Origin: Octopus bimaculoides
Taxonomy: Eukaryota
NCBI RefSeq assembly: GCF_001194135.2
Contig: NC_068984.1
Location: 18,734,340-18,798,339, forward strand
Length of the DNA stretch: 64,000 bases
Direction: 5' to 3'
In this document: positions 50,330 to 63,900 of the stretch, in pieces
How the letters are laid out: each line of letters starts with the position of its first letter
Numbering within the stretch: the first letter of the stretch is position 1
Notes under the pieces: generated by a model
Told to the model about the DNA's origin: nothing
What the model saw: only the letters and a program-made list of their open reading frames with translations
The model's database searches: none
Program-made: the position numbers and the translations under genes

Positions 50330-51099
50330 ATTTGTAAGTGTATATATATATATATATATGTATGTGAATGTGTGTGTATGTGTATGTGCATGTCAATGTG
50401 TCTGAGTGTATGTAAATATGAGTGAAAGGTGTGNNNNNNNNNNATGTAAATATGAGTGAAAGGTGTGTATATATATGAGTGTGTATATGTGTGCGTTTGT
50501 ATATGTGATGTGTGTTCATATGTGTAGTGCGTGTGTATGTACATGTGTTCCCATATGTGTGTGTGTTTTATTTAAGTATGCAATATGAGTATAAACCTGC
50601 CTGAATATTTCAAAAGCTGATAGTGTATAATCAATGTAAGAACTATGTAACCGTGTAAAACCACTTCTTGAAATCGCCAAATCTCCATTTACTGTCTGCC
50701 AGAGAATTTTTTTTTGCTTATTTATTCAATTTTTTGTTCAGCTTTTAAATCAAAATGGACTGGTTGTTTTTGCTTAAAATACAGAACAAACTCCCAAATA
50801 TGGTTCTGTAGTATTTGAACTAAATAGAAAGCAAAAGAGGAAAAATAAATTATAATTAACGAAGAGAAATAACACCCCCAAAACAGAAGCAAAATGAATT
50901 ATATAACATGAATATATTTATTTGAATAATTGAGCCGTTAATTTTAAATGAGTATCAGAATCGTTTGAGAAGAAAAGATTACAGGTCATAGTGCCGAAAA
51001 GGAGGAGAAGAAAAAGAAGAGAGAAAATGTGCATCAGGATTACCAAGAAAGGAAAATAATATACTGACATAAACAAACATAAATATACTCAATTATATA

Positions 51100-51141
<42 letters not shown>

Positions 51142-51165
51142 AACATATACATATACATATACATA

Positions 51166-51201
<36 letters not shown>

Positions 51202-51414
51202 TACATATATATATACATATATATACACATACACATATACATAAATATACTTAATTATATATACATATACACATATGCATGTTCATATATGCATATACAT
51301 ATACTCACATACATTAGACATTTACATATACTCATAATTATACATGCACACCTTACACACATACAGATCTATGATAATCATATTCATAAATTTTATNNNN
51401 NNNNNNNNNNNNNN

Positions 51415-51469
<55 letters not shown>

Positions 51470-51525
51470 TATATACACACACAGAGAAAGAGAGACAGGC
51501 AGAGAGACACCACTCATATTTATAT

Positions 51526-51564
<39 letters not shown>

Positions 51565-51610
51565 ACATGCATGTACGCACACACATGTGTGTACTCACGT
51601 GTTTGCACAT
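50330..51610. repeat. Compound AT/AC/ATAC microsatellite and low-complexity region (similar tracts throughout, e.g. 207-300, 36360-36430, 37995-38290, 45025-45295, 47745-47800, 48265-48375, 60270-60375)
   Basis: Visible dinucleotide, trinucleotide and tetranucleotide runs, often bordering N-gaps. Confidence 0.95.
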
Positions 51611-52912
51611 ATAATCACATAGTTTCATTTCAATCCAAGTCTGTTTATCATTGAAAAAGAAAGCAACAATATGTAAGAATTTTTATCACCTTAATAATAC
51701 ATTGTTATTAGGACCTTCTGAGACATTCCTGGACATTAAGTGTATGCTTTATGCTTACCAATAATTTTCAAAATGACGTTCAATGAAGGAGCTTCTATAT
51801 ATATCTTCCCAACGACTAAATTTCCATTAATTCCAGCCAATCTATTGTCTTAAAAAACGACATATTAACCTTTTTGATACTAAGCTACCTGAGACCATCC
51901 TGGGTTGCATAGTTTAGATATTAAAATTTCATGCTAATCTATGTTCCAAATAATGACAAAGTCATTTTAATATATTTTTCATTATTTTTTAAATTAATTT
52001 AAAGATATTTAATTTAAAGTGTTTTTCAATTGAAATATTGTAATGGAAGAGCTAAATGTTGCAGTCCGGAATATACTATGTTTGAATAAAATATGGAATG
52101 GTTACACCTGGAACAACCTTTGATTATAAGTCTGCCGGAATTGAGGAACAGAGCAAGCCTATTGTCTATAAAGAATAACCAACACATTCAACTATGTATC
52201 ATATGATATAATACTTTATCAGCAGCACCAGTAGAATTTGTGAGCATAACGAAAAAAAAAAAAAGAAGGAGAGTAAAAACAATTCTGATAAGGACCACCA
52301 TTGATATGTTCAAATTTAAGGCAGCAGGGAAGTAACATTAAGAAATATATACAAAAAATATAACCTTTTGTTTATTATTGTGAAAATGTATCCAGAAGAC
52401 AAAACTCTGAAACATAAACATTCAGCTCAGTTCTTGAGTCAAGATGATGTAAGTATTATGGACAGTTTCTCTTTTGCTTATGTTTAGAGTTGCATAGGTT
52501 TGTTGTGAATATAAGACGAGAGGTTGGTAAGTGGTGATGTTCATTTACCTTCAAACAACATAAGTAAAATATTTTTCTCTTATCTATCACTTGTTTCAGT
52601 CATTTGACTGCGGCCATACTGGGGCACCACCTTGAAGGGTTTTAGTCAAATAAATTGACCTCGGGACTTTTTTTTTTTTTNNNNNNNNNNNNNNNNNNNN
52701 NNNNNNNNNNNNNNNNNNNNNNNNNNNNNNNNNNNNNNNNNNNNNNNNNNNNNNNNNNNNNNNNNNNNNNNNNNNNNNNNNNNNNNNNNNNNNNNNNNNN
52801 NNNNNNNNNNNNNNNNNNNNNNNNNNNNNNNNNNNNNNNNNNNNNNNNNNNNNNNNNNNNNNNNNNNNNNNNNNNNNNNNNNNNNNNNNNAGGGGACAAA
52901 CACAGACACAAA

Positions 52913-52958
<46 letters not shown>

Positions 52959-54048
52959 CATACGACAGGCTTCATTCTGTTTCTGTCTACCAAATCCACT
53001 CAAAGCTTTGGTTGGTCTGGGGCTACAATACAAGACACTTGCCCGAGGTGCCATGCAGTGGGACTGAACCCAGAACTGTGTGGTTGGGAAGCAAACTTCT
53101 TACTGCTTGCACCTAAATATATGTAAATGCTCCAACTTGGAATCAGAACTGTGCCACAAACTTAATCTTTTAAATAACTTATTAAACATAAAATGCTCAG
53201 ATCTAGCTGTGTGGTTAAGAAGTTAGTTTCACAATAACATAGTTCTAGGTTGAATTCCACTGTACAGCATCAAGTTTACTTAATAAGGAAAGCTTTCAAA
53301 CAGAGAAAGCATTCAATTATAAAAGTATCTTATAAGTTATTTGATATGCTAGTATCCATTGAAAAGTTTGCAAGACACAATAAAAATTTTAGAAAAAATA
53401 AATAAATAAATGAGTGGAAATCAGACTGATGAGTATGTTAAATTAATAAGGCACTAAAAGAGAATGACTCTCCCCAGACACAATAAAAATATGCTTCAAC
53501 ACACCAATTCACGTAAAGAATCTTGTGAACCAAATACAAAAAATGAAACATTTTAAAAGTTTTCGATATTTTGTTGCCAAATTTGAATATTTTTTATACA
53601 GGCTACAATTTTGGCCTTCTTAATAGATTTCTCTCATATTCAAGAACAGCAGCAGTGTTGTTATTGCTGTGGTTTAGACCCTAAATCAACCCTGATGAAG
53701 CAGACTAATGATTGAAAACATTTCATCTGTGACCTCTTATATTTGAATATATTTAAATATATTGGAGTACATTGTCTAATATGTTCTTTTTTCCCAAATG
53801 TAATTTGAGGGAAAGTTATTTGCTATTTCAAGTTGTCCAAACAATTGCATGGAGGGTCTGTCATTGGATTGGAGCCTCTACATAGTCACTTAATGGGCAA
53901 GAAATAGCAGCTAAATTTATTTCAAATCACACCCTGACATGTTAAAAGGAAGAAGGAAACACTGGATCATGTGACCCTAGATATATTATATCTGTAAAAT
54001 AGTGTAGATGACACAGTTCTATATTTAAGAGGTGAGGAATTATGCACA

Positions 54049-54206
54049 TTATTTACATTATTTACATTTGATGGATATTTGTCCTCATCTTCTTGTTTGT
54101 TGTTAACACAGAAGTGTGGACTTATCCACATAAGTCCACACTTCTCTCTTAACAACAAACAAGAAGATGAGGACAAATATCCGTCAAATGTAAATAATGT
54201 AAATAA
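54049..54206. repeat. Inverted repeat, 77-bp arms, 4-nt loop (74/77 paired)
   Basis: 54049-54125 versus 54130-54206, compared base by base. Confidence 0.95.
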
Positions 54207-54507
54207 CATAGTGTAGAAGAGATGATCAAACCAGAAATACTTTTAATCAAAACATCATTGGCTCCAGCTCATATCCGAGCATTGGGTTTGTCAGTTTCTA
54301 TCCAGTCTCCGCGGCTGATGTCTGTGCCAAAAGTGACTTTGTAGTCCAAGTCGGTGGTGAAAGAGTCATGGGTAGAACTCACACGGGATGGTATCTCAAT
54401 TAGAACATAGGTCTAATCAATCAGGCCTGACCTAGGGCCAAATAAGAAAAGGAAGAACAACAGCAGCAGCCACAAGTCTCTGACAAGCAACTATTTCTTT
54501 CTTGTAG

Positions 54508-54655
54508 GTTCCACCTTTCATGGATGATGCCCAAGATAAGAGTGATTTTCAAGAGAAAGGTCTCACTGTCTCTGAGCACTTTACCTCCTTGGTGTATGGA
54601 TTCCAACTTGATAAACACTACAACCATGAAAAAACCAATGCCAGTATAATGGAAG
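54508..54655 (+). CDS. Candidate internal exon of an unidentified gene (VPPFMDDAQDKSDFQEKGLTVSEHFTSLVYGFQLDKHYNHEKTNASIMEG)
   Basis: Polypyrimidine acceptor tatttctttcttgtag|, GAAG|gtgaat donor, only one frame open over 148 nt; no homology recognised. Confidence 0.4.
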
Positions 54656-56745
54656 GTGAATCCTTACTACTTTTTCAATACTAATATCGCTCTCCTCCTC
54701 CTTCTCTCTCTCCTTCTTTGTTAGAATCATTAGAGAGTCAGACAGAATATTTCATATTTGTTCGGGCTCCCTGTGCTCTGAGTTTAAATCCAGCCAAGGT
54801 CAACTTTGTCCCTTATCCTATCAGGGTTGTTAAAAAAAAAGTACTGATCCAAAGTGGTGGGTTAGAAGAAGTGTAAGAATGTTGGACCAGATGCTTTGTA
54901 ATATTTGTTTCACTTCTTTATGTTCTGAGTTCAAATACCACCATAGCCTACCCATCACCCAGTTTAACACTGGCATCTGACACCTTTAGTGAAGTCCATT
55001 CTGCTGCAAGCATTTGGGCAGGTTTCCACTTTGAGGATNNNNNNNNNNNNNNNNNNNNNNCCTCCCTCCCTCCCTCCCTCTCTCCTACCAATATCAGAGG
55101 CTCTCTAATGGATCATAAGCACAGCCTTCTCTCATGATTTAGGGTTATCACAGCAAAGGCCTGTTATGGGCTCTTGGACACGTAATGCAGGAGCTTTAAC
55201 CTGGTTTCTATGGAGTATAAGTGATTGAGATTACAATACCATCACCTCTACTGAATGGGGCACAGGTCCATTGCAGAGTTAACTTCCACCTATTGCTGGA
55301 ACTCATTTACAGCTGGAACAATTTACTACTGGAGAAATGTAAAATGAAATGTTTTGTTCAAGAAGACAATACACTGCCCTATCTAGGAATCGAAACCATG
55401 ATCTCATGATCATGGGTGCAACACCCAAACCACTAGGCCATGTGCCTTGGTCTCTTGTCTTAAAGATAAAAATCATTTTCAACATAAAGACTGCAAAAAT
55501 CAGTTTAATGCATTTCTTTACACATTAGTCAATGATGCTGTCTTGTTTAGAGAACATCGTGGCTGGTTTATATATTTTCTCAGGGTCTTCTTTTTACCTT
55601 TTAATAAAAAAATAAAGGATATCACCCATGACAATTTATTTTGTTAGGGCCTTTGAGACTGAGGGGAGTGTGTGGCCTAGTGGTTGTACTCGTGATCACA
55701 AAATTGGGGTTTCAATTCCCAGACCAAACTGTGCTGTGTTCTTGAGCAAAACACTTCATTTCATGTTGCTCCAGTCCACCCTGCTGTAAATGAGTAACCC
55801 TGTTAAGGACTGGCATTTTTTTCAAGGGGTATGGTGTGATTTCAGTCACTTACGTACGATTATGACCCTTATGAGTTCTAGGACTCGAGACAGTACTTAC
55901 TTATTTTGAGATTGTTTGGAGGAATGGAGAAAGATATCCAGAAAGTGGAGAGCTATCTTGAATGCTTGCAGCAGAGCAAATTCTTCTAAAGTCTATCAGG
56001 AACCAACTGGGTGACAGATTAAGTCTGTCTCCTCTAAACCCAGACTGAAAGAACCAGAATCTCATAAAATGTGACCACTCAATCATCTATTCTCCCTCTC
56101 AACTAAGAGGACTCATTAGTCTTGCTAGTTACAAGATCACCTCACAAGTGCTGGTACCATGGAAAGAAGTACCTAGTATACTCGATAAAGAAGTTAGCAT
56201 TGGGAAGGGCAGCAAGCCATAGAAACCATGCTGAAACTAAGACACAATGTACTCATCTGACCTGAAGGATTCTGTCTAACCATCCAACCATGTCAGCATG
56301 AAAAGCTAGCATATAAATGATGATGATGACGATGATGATGATGACAATGGTGATAATCTCATCCAATACTCTCATAATTCTGATAATCCACCACCCTGGT
56401 TTATTACTTCATTTTATCAAACTTGAAAGCATGAATCACAAAAGTGACCTTAACAGGATTTGAACTCAGAATGCTGGTAGTCAGAACTACATGGCATTTT
56501 GTCCCCTGCTCTAACAACTGCCAATTGTTTTCTTCTATCTTCTTTAGTTTGTTTGATTGCTTTGATTATTAGAACTGAGAAACTAACTACCTTCACACAT
56601 AAGTTTTTAGATTTTTAGAGAGGAAAAACTATAAGTTTGTTGTTGATGTTGTTGTTGTTTAGCCCCAGGTTAGCCTTGGTTGAGCAGACCTATCATCAAA
56701 AGCAATTTTAGCCATGACCATCTTGTCTTATTATTTTCAGTGCAT

Positions 56746-57185
56746 CAAGGCGGCGAGCTGGCAGGAACGTTAGCATGTCGGGCGAAATGCTTAGCGGTAT
56801 TTCGTCTGCTGTTACGTTCTGAGTTCAAATTCCGCGGAGGTCTACTTTGTCTTTCATCTTTTCGGGGTCGATAAATTAAGTACCAGTTACGCACTGGGGT
56901 CGATGTAATCGACTTAATCCCTTTGTCTGTTCTTGTTTGTCCCCTCTATGTTTAGCCCCTTGTGGGCAATAAAGAAATAAGAAACATTAGCATGCCAGGC
57001 AAAATGCTTAGCGATATTTCACCTGTCTTTACATTCTGAGTTCAAATTCCACCAAGGTCGACTTTGCATTTCATCCTTTTGGAGTCGATAAATTAATAGC
57101 AGTTGCATACTGGGGTCGATCTAATCAACTAGCCCCCTCCCCCAAAATTTCAGGCCTTGTGCCTAGAGTTGAAAATATTATTTTC
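56746..57185 (+). mobile_element. tRNA-derived CORE/OR-like SINE tandem dimer; same family near 4045-4170, 5240-5465, 14230-14460, 40000-40440, 41340-41560, 42590-43020, 44830-45025, 60480-60635
   Basis: ggcggcgagctggcag...gagttcaaattcc...ctttcatcctttcggggtcgataaattaagtaccag repeated head-to-tail. Confidence 0.8.
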
Positions 57186-57194
57186 AGTGTTACT

Positions 57195-57495
57195 ATGACT
57201 ACAATTATCCTGTTTTCAATCCATCCATCCATTATTGCATCCCCACTCGCTATTTCTGGGAAGGTCGTGGGGTGGCGGAGTAAAGTCCTCAGGCACCTCT
57301 TCCATAGGGTCCTGTCAGAAGTGTCTGTCATCATACTTCCCTGCTGGATTCCTAAGCACAACCAACTGAGTCCATGGATATTATCCAACCATTTTGTTCT
57401 TGATCTACTCCTACGTAGATCTCCTGCTCATTGTCTCAGCTTAAAGGATCTGTCTTGGATCCTTTCCTGAGAGATCCTGACCATATGTCCATAGT
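57195..57495 (-). mobile_element. RTE/RTE-X-like LINE 3' fragment with (GGAT)n tail
   Basis: GHMVRISQERI...RSRTKWLDNIHGLSWLCLGI...SDRTLWKRCL; atggatggatgg tail. Confidence 0.65.
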
Positions 57496-58638
57496 ACTGT
57501 GAAGGTGCATGTCTTAGTGGTTAGAGTATTCACCCCATGATTGTAAGGTCATGAGTTCAATTCTAGCAACGCATTGTGTTCTTGAGAAGGTAGTCTAATA
57601 CCTTATCCACTCAGTCTACTCACTTCATTACTGTACAAATGTACAGGCACTTTATTTCATGTTGCTCCAGTCCACTCAGCTGGCAAAAATGAGTAATACC
57701 TGTATTTCAAAGGGCCAGCCTTGTCACATTCTGTATCATACCAAATCCCCCTGGGAACTATGTTAAGGGTAAGCAAGTCTGTGGAGTGCTCAGCCACTTG
57801 CATGTTGATTTCATGAAAAGGCTGTCCCATTGATCAGATCAAGTGGAATCCTCTTCGCTGTAACTGATGGAGTGCCATAGTATTCAAGGTGTGACTTCTC
57901 AATGAAGAGAAGTAGTGGTTCCAATTTCTTTTAATTTTAAAAGATAATGTATGATTTGAGAGAGATTTGGCTATTATTTCTAGCATGTCATGCAGCTGCA
58001 TGACATGCATGACAAAGGTTCTTGTGCTACCTCAATATTAATGATTCTAAGTGGATCAGAACCACAGGAAATTAAAGCCAGACAACAGAGAGCTTGTTGG
58101 AAAGGTAGCATTCTGAATTGAACATTTCATTGTATTAACTGTATTTGTAGGTAAATAAAATGCATTATACTTTTCCAAAAAAGTGTCTCAAAAAAACCCC
58201 CATTGGATCCCTATATGCAAAGGTGTACTGCCCATAAGATCTGAAACACTATAATCTTTTTTTCCTGAACATGTGCTGCTAAAACTGAAGTGCATCTGAT
58301 ATGCTGTGAATCTTTTATGCCACCAAATACTGTAGTTCAGTGCCTGTGGTATGGCCTAAGCTTGTGTCCCCGATCCTGTATGGTATCATCACATATTTCT
58401 GATTCTTTTTTATCTATCCTAGCTAAAACATTCTCCACCATCCTGCAGATTTTTACCCAAAATGCAAGCATGGAAGATAAATGTTAAATGATGATGATGA
58501 TAATGATGACAACGACAACAATGACGATGACAACGATGATGAAGGTGGTTGTGGTGGTTGTGGTGGTGATAATGGCGATGATGTGATATCATCCATTTAT
58601 ACAGCCATCTCACCTACATCCAATATCACCAATGCTAA

Positions 58639-58680
<42 letters not shown>

Positions 58681-59685
58681 TCTTGGATAAATGCACATGT
58701 ATATATACCATGTGCATTTATCCTAGATATTACTGATTTTGTATACCTTCATCAAATTATTGCTATGAAGACATATATTTACTTGTATTTTTGAGGCTAA
58801 CTGACCTTCTATTGATTTCTAACAAAGGCACAATACCTCAAATTAGGTCATGGAGTGATATCTTTAATAATGTTGATCCAGGACGTGACTAATATTCATT
58901 TTATTGATCCTGAAGGTTGAATGAAAAAGATGGCCTTGTTGGGATTTAAAATCACATAGAGAGGTATAACAAAATATTATAGGACATCCTTTTCCCACCA
59001 CTCTACCAATTTTGTTTATTCATCACTGGCCTAATTAGTTCCAATATTGGTTTTGCCAATTTTGGCATAAGGCTAGTAATTTCAAGGGGAGGGGGTAAGT
59101 TGACCCCAGTGTTTCTAAAAGTACTTATTTCATGAAAGGCAAAGTTGATCTTGGCAGAATTTGAACTCAGAACATAAAGACAGATGAAATTCTGCCAGGC
59201 AATTTCATTGGTATGCTAACGATACTTCCATATTTTGTTTTTAAATAAAGGTACGATGTGATTTGAGTAAATCTGGCTGCTATTTCTTGCAGCTTGAGTA
59301 ACCATGTAGAAGATCACTTGTTGGGCTCATGGATCATCTAGTATATAATAGTGTTCATATGCATTGCTGTAAAATAGACAGATACTTTTTATGGATGCGT
59401 ATGTATGTGTGTGTGTATGTGTGTACATATATACCATGTGCATTTATCTGGCATATACGTAGCATGCTTTCTCACACTTCCTTTACTAGTCTTGAGTTAT
59501 TGTTAAATAAAAGGCCTAAGACACCTCATTGATATATCTCATTTACAATGTTAACCATCTGCTAGGCCTGAAGCAATCAAATAGATTTAGATTTAAGCAA
59601 GCATTACTCCACTCAGTGAATTATCAAGGAGAGAACAGGCAGACTATTTCTATGAAGCTTGTCTAATCTAATCCACACATGTGTA

Positions 59686-59719
<34 letters not shown>

Positions 59720-60271
59720 TATAATTTATTATTTGAAGTAATACTTTCTTAAGTCTAAATCCATTTGATTCCTTCAAGCCTAGCAGAAGGTTAACATGGT
59801 AAATGTTATTGATGAGGTATCTTAAGCTGTTGGTTTAGCAACTACTGAAAACCAGGAAAGGTAGAGGACGGAAAGCAGGCCAGGCATATGGTAGATAAAT
59901 GCATATGATGTATACGTGCATGTATGCGTGTATATACATATATTCTGGCATTAGGAAGGGCATCCAGCCATAAAAACCATGCTGAAACAGACTGTGATGC
60001 TTGGTGCATGCAGTTCTCCAGCTTGTCACCTGATGTCAAACTGTCCAACCCATACCAGCATGGAAAACGGATGTTAAATGATGATGATGATGATGATGAT
60101 ATGTGTATGTAAAAAGCACTGGTGATGGTACCACATAGAAAGCACCCAGTAAAGTGGCCGGCATTAGGAAAGATCATCCAGCTGTAGAAACCTTGCTGAA
60201 ACAGACATTGGAACCTGGTGCAGCTCCTGCCAAACCGTCTAACCCATGCCAACATGAAAAATGGACGTTAA

Positions 60272-60337
<66 letters not shown>

Positions 60338-60339
60338 GA

Positions 60340-60373
<34 letters not shown>

Positions 60374-60770
60374 GATATGACTATGTAGAAATGTATGTAA
60401 TCTGTGTAATTATCCTTTCTAATTTTGAAATAAGGCAAGCAGTTTTGGGACAGAGAGAGAGTGTTAGTTGCTTATATTGACCAAATGTTGAACTGGTACT
60501 TATTTTATTGACTCCAAAAGGTTGAAAGGCAAAGTCGACCACAGCAGATTTGAATTCAGAATGTAAAGAGCCAGCAGAAACATCACTAAGCATTTTGTCT
60601 GAAATGCTAACGATCCTGCCAGCCTGCCACCTTATGTATCTATGTAATAATAGCATACAAACTATTGTATGTGCCGGGAGATGAACCATGAGTAAACAAG
60701 GAAGCATTTACATGGTAACCCAACCTGCTAGAAATAGCAGGTAAAATCACCATGAATCACTGGAAGTAAC

Positions 60771-60802
<32 letters not shown>

Positions 60803-60807
<5 letters not shown>

Positions 60808-60943
60808 CAAAAAAAGCAACACGGATTTTAAAGGTTATTGCAGTATGCACGTTTCATGCTATTCCATTACTTAAATAAATGGAGTAGCATGAAATGTGCG
60901 TACTGCAATAACCTTTAAAATCTGTGTTGCTTTTTTTGATTTT
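60803..60943. repeat. Inverted repeat, 66-bp arms, 9-nt loop (62 Watson-Crick + 4 G-T)
   Basis: 60803-60868 versus 60878-60943, compared base by base. Confidence 0.95.
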
Positions 60944-63900
60944 TGATCACCTTGTTTTTGGAATTGTTTGGATAATACCACACTATATTCTGGTGCCTAA
61001 ACTTAAGTGCCACATTCAATTTTGAATATATATATATATATAGGCGTAGGAGTGGCTGTGTGGTAAGTAGCTTNNNNNNNNNNNNNNNNNNNNNNNNNNN
61101 NNNNNNNNNNNNNNNNNNNNNNNNNNNNNNNNNNNNNNNNNNNNNNNNNNNNNNNNNNNNNNNNNNNNNNNNNNNNNNNNNNNNNNNNNNNNNNNNNNNN
61201 NNNNNNNNNNNNNNNNNNNNNNNNNNNNNNNNNNNNNNNNNNNNNNNNNNNNNNNNNNNNNNNNNNNNNNNNNNNNNNNNNNNNNNNNNNNNNNNNNNNN
61301 NNNNNNNNNNNNNNNNNNNNNNNNNNNNNNNNNNNNNNNNNNNNNNNNNNNNNNNNNNNNNNNNNNNNNNNNNNNNNNNNNNNNNNNNNNNNNNNNNNNN
61401 NNNNNNNNNNNNNNNNNNNNNNNNNNNNNNNNNNNNNNNNNNNNNNNNNNNNNNNNNNNNNNNNNNNNNNNNNNNNNNNNNNNNNNNNNNNNNNNNNNNN
61501 NNNNNNNNNNNNNNNNNNNNNNNNNNNNNNNNNNNNNNNNNNNNNNNNNNNNNNNNNNNNNNNNNNNNNNNNNNNNNNNNNNNNNNNNNNNNNNNNNNNN
61601 NNNNNNNNNNNNNNNNNNNNNNNTATATATATAAAGGATAATAAGAGTGAAAAAACTACAGAAGGCTTGTGTTACATGGTTAAAGTATATATTTAAATTA
61701 TGTCAGAAAAATGTTAGAAAAATGTTATAAAATCTTTTTGGTATATAAACAATGTATTTTGAGAAATAACCGGTTTCGTGTTGTCTTTTCAAATTTCTCT
61801 ACTTCTTTGTAACGTGTTCGCTCCATATATTCTTATTGTGAAGGTACGTGGCTTAGTGGTTAGGAGCATTCAGGCAAGTCCACAGATTGGACACAAGAAA
61901 GGATTGTTATGGTTTGTTATACAAATTGGCTGGCATGTTAGTTTGAGACTTTGTCTTTGCCCTCAAGTTTTTAAGATGACCTTGCTGACACAATTTGTAA
62001 TTATTTATGCCTTTATAGCAAGTTAACCTCCATTCGTTTATGTACTGGATTCCCTTCATTTAACTAGATCACTCTCCTGCAGATTTCAGACTTAAATTTA
62101 AGTTTGTATAAAAATGTGGAAATATATTTCTAACATGTTCTTGTACACTTGAATGTAAAAGACATTTGCAGTAGGATCTTGTCTTGGAGAAAAATATCTT
62201 TTTATGAACTTTCTGTGAAAAACACATATCCAAGTGATATCAGTGAACTACCAGACACACTGTTTTGGCATGTTTTCACCTCCTCAGAAAAAGAATCTGC
62301 TTCAGTCATTTGGAGCTAAGGCAGAACTTTTGTTCCTATATATAAGAAACCTCAAATAATACATTTGCTGGTATGTTCTAAGGTTTGCCAAGTGAGAATT
62401 AATTTAGTATAAACATATAAAACAGAATGGATCAAAATAAAGCTGTGTGTATTTATTTTTAACATGTTCTAGTACAATAGAATACGAAAGGCATTTTTTG
62501 CAGTAGTTTCCTGTTTTTGCAGAAATGAAAACAAAGTTGTTTTCGAATGGATTTGAACTTAGAATAAAAGGCATTTAGTCTTGCGTTCTTTCATTTACCC
62601 TTTCAGCTTTCCCACCACATAAACTTGAATTGATCCAATTCATTGAGAGAAGCTAATTATTTAAACCAAAGAACATTGTCTAGAATGGTAAAGAACTATT
62701 CATGACAATGGCTATTTAATCCTTTAGCATTCAGATTACTTTGCCAAATGTAATGCTTACTTATTTACATTGTTTTGAATTGATCATGCATTATTTTGTA
62801 GCTTCAATATTTCGATGACGTGATTGCATATTTTTAGAATGACATTGTAGGGTAGGTGTGAGAGGTTGGATCTGGTGAGTTTTAGTGTAAAACATATAGA
62901 ATAGTTGGGCCAGTTATGGTTTAAATGTTAAATGGTCTATAGTCCAGCAAACCCAAAAGCTGTAATTTTTTTTGCATATTTTTTCATCAGCTTCAAACCA
63001 ATATCTTATAGTGTTGTATATACAAAACATACCTTTTCTCTGTGAACAAACAGGTTCGTTTTATTTATTGCTCTGGATCTATAAAATTTATTTCTTAAAC
63101 ATAATAAAATCTGTCACAACATAGAAATGAACCTAAAATATATATATACTAAAATAAAACCATCTGCTAGTAATAAATTACAAACTGTAGACAGTTCAGA
63201 ATAGAACTTTTCTCTCTTTATTTCATGTCAAGAAATCAGAGGTTTATTGCTGTTTCTATTACATGAGCCAACAAGAATCTTTACATGTATTGTGCATAAA
63301 CTTGTTCATTAACTTCTTCACAATGACATTTCTAATGAAATATAGTGACTGTGTTCAAATTTATTCAGAAGATAATTAACCTTTTTCTTACCATATTTTT
63401 AATGGCATACATGACCTTCATTTAAAAAAAGTTTTAAATAATTAAAAATTTAATAAAATACCTTTGTCATTATTAAGCTGGTGTTTGGAACATAGATTAA
63501 CATGAAATTTTGATGGTAGGTTTTAATGTAAATTGCATTAAAAAAGCCCCTTTATATCATGGAACAAAGGGCTGGTTGGTATCAAAATGGTGAAACATTT
63601 GGTGAGATATAATATAATACCTAAGTACTTCATTGATGAACTGATGTTTGGAGTGTAATTAAATGAATGTTTTTGATATAAAATTATGATAGGAAATTTT
63701 TAATTTAAACATAAGCACCGTTGCCAGTACCGCCTGACTGGCCTTGTAGGGTTTTCGAGCGAGATCGTTGCCAGTGCCCCTGGACTGGCTCTTGTGTGGG
63801 TGGCACATAAAAGACACCATTTCGAGCGTGGCTGTTTTCATGCGGGTGACACGTAAAAGCACCCACTACACTCTCTGAGTGGTTGGCGTTAGGAAGGGCA

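Noticed and set aside
53690-53730. CTGATGA...GAAA hammerhead-like core
   Set aside because: No supporting stems; it is a degenerate copy of a dispersed repeat also seen near 54400 and 56660.
62168-62370. Plus-strand exon-like segment (tttgcag ... gctg|gtatgt)
   Set aside because: Every frame has a stop before the donor; no recognisable product.
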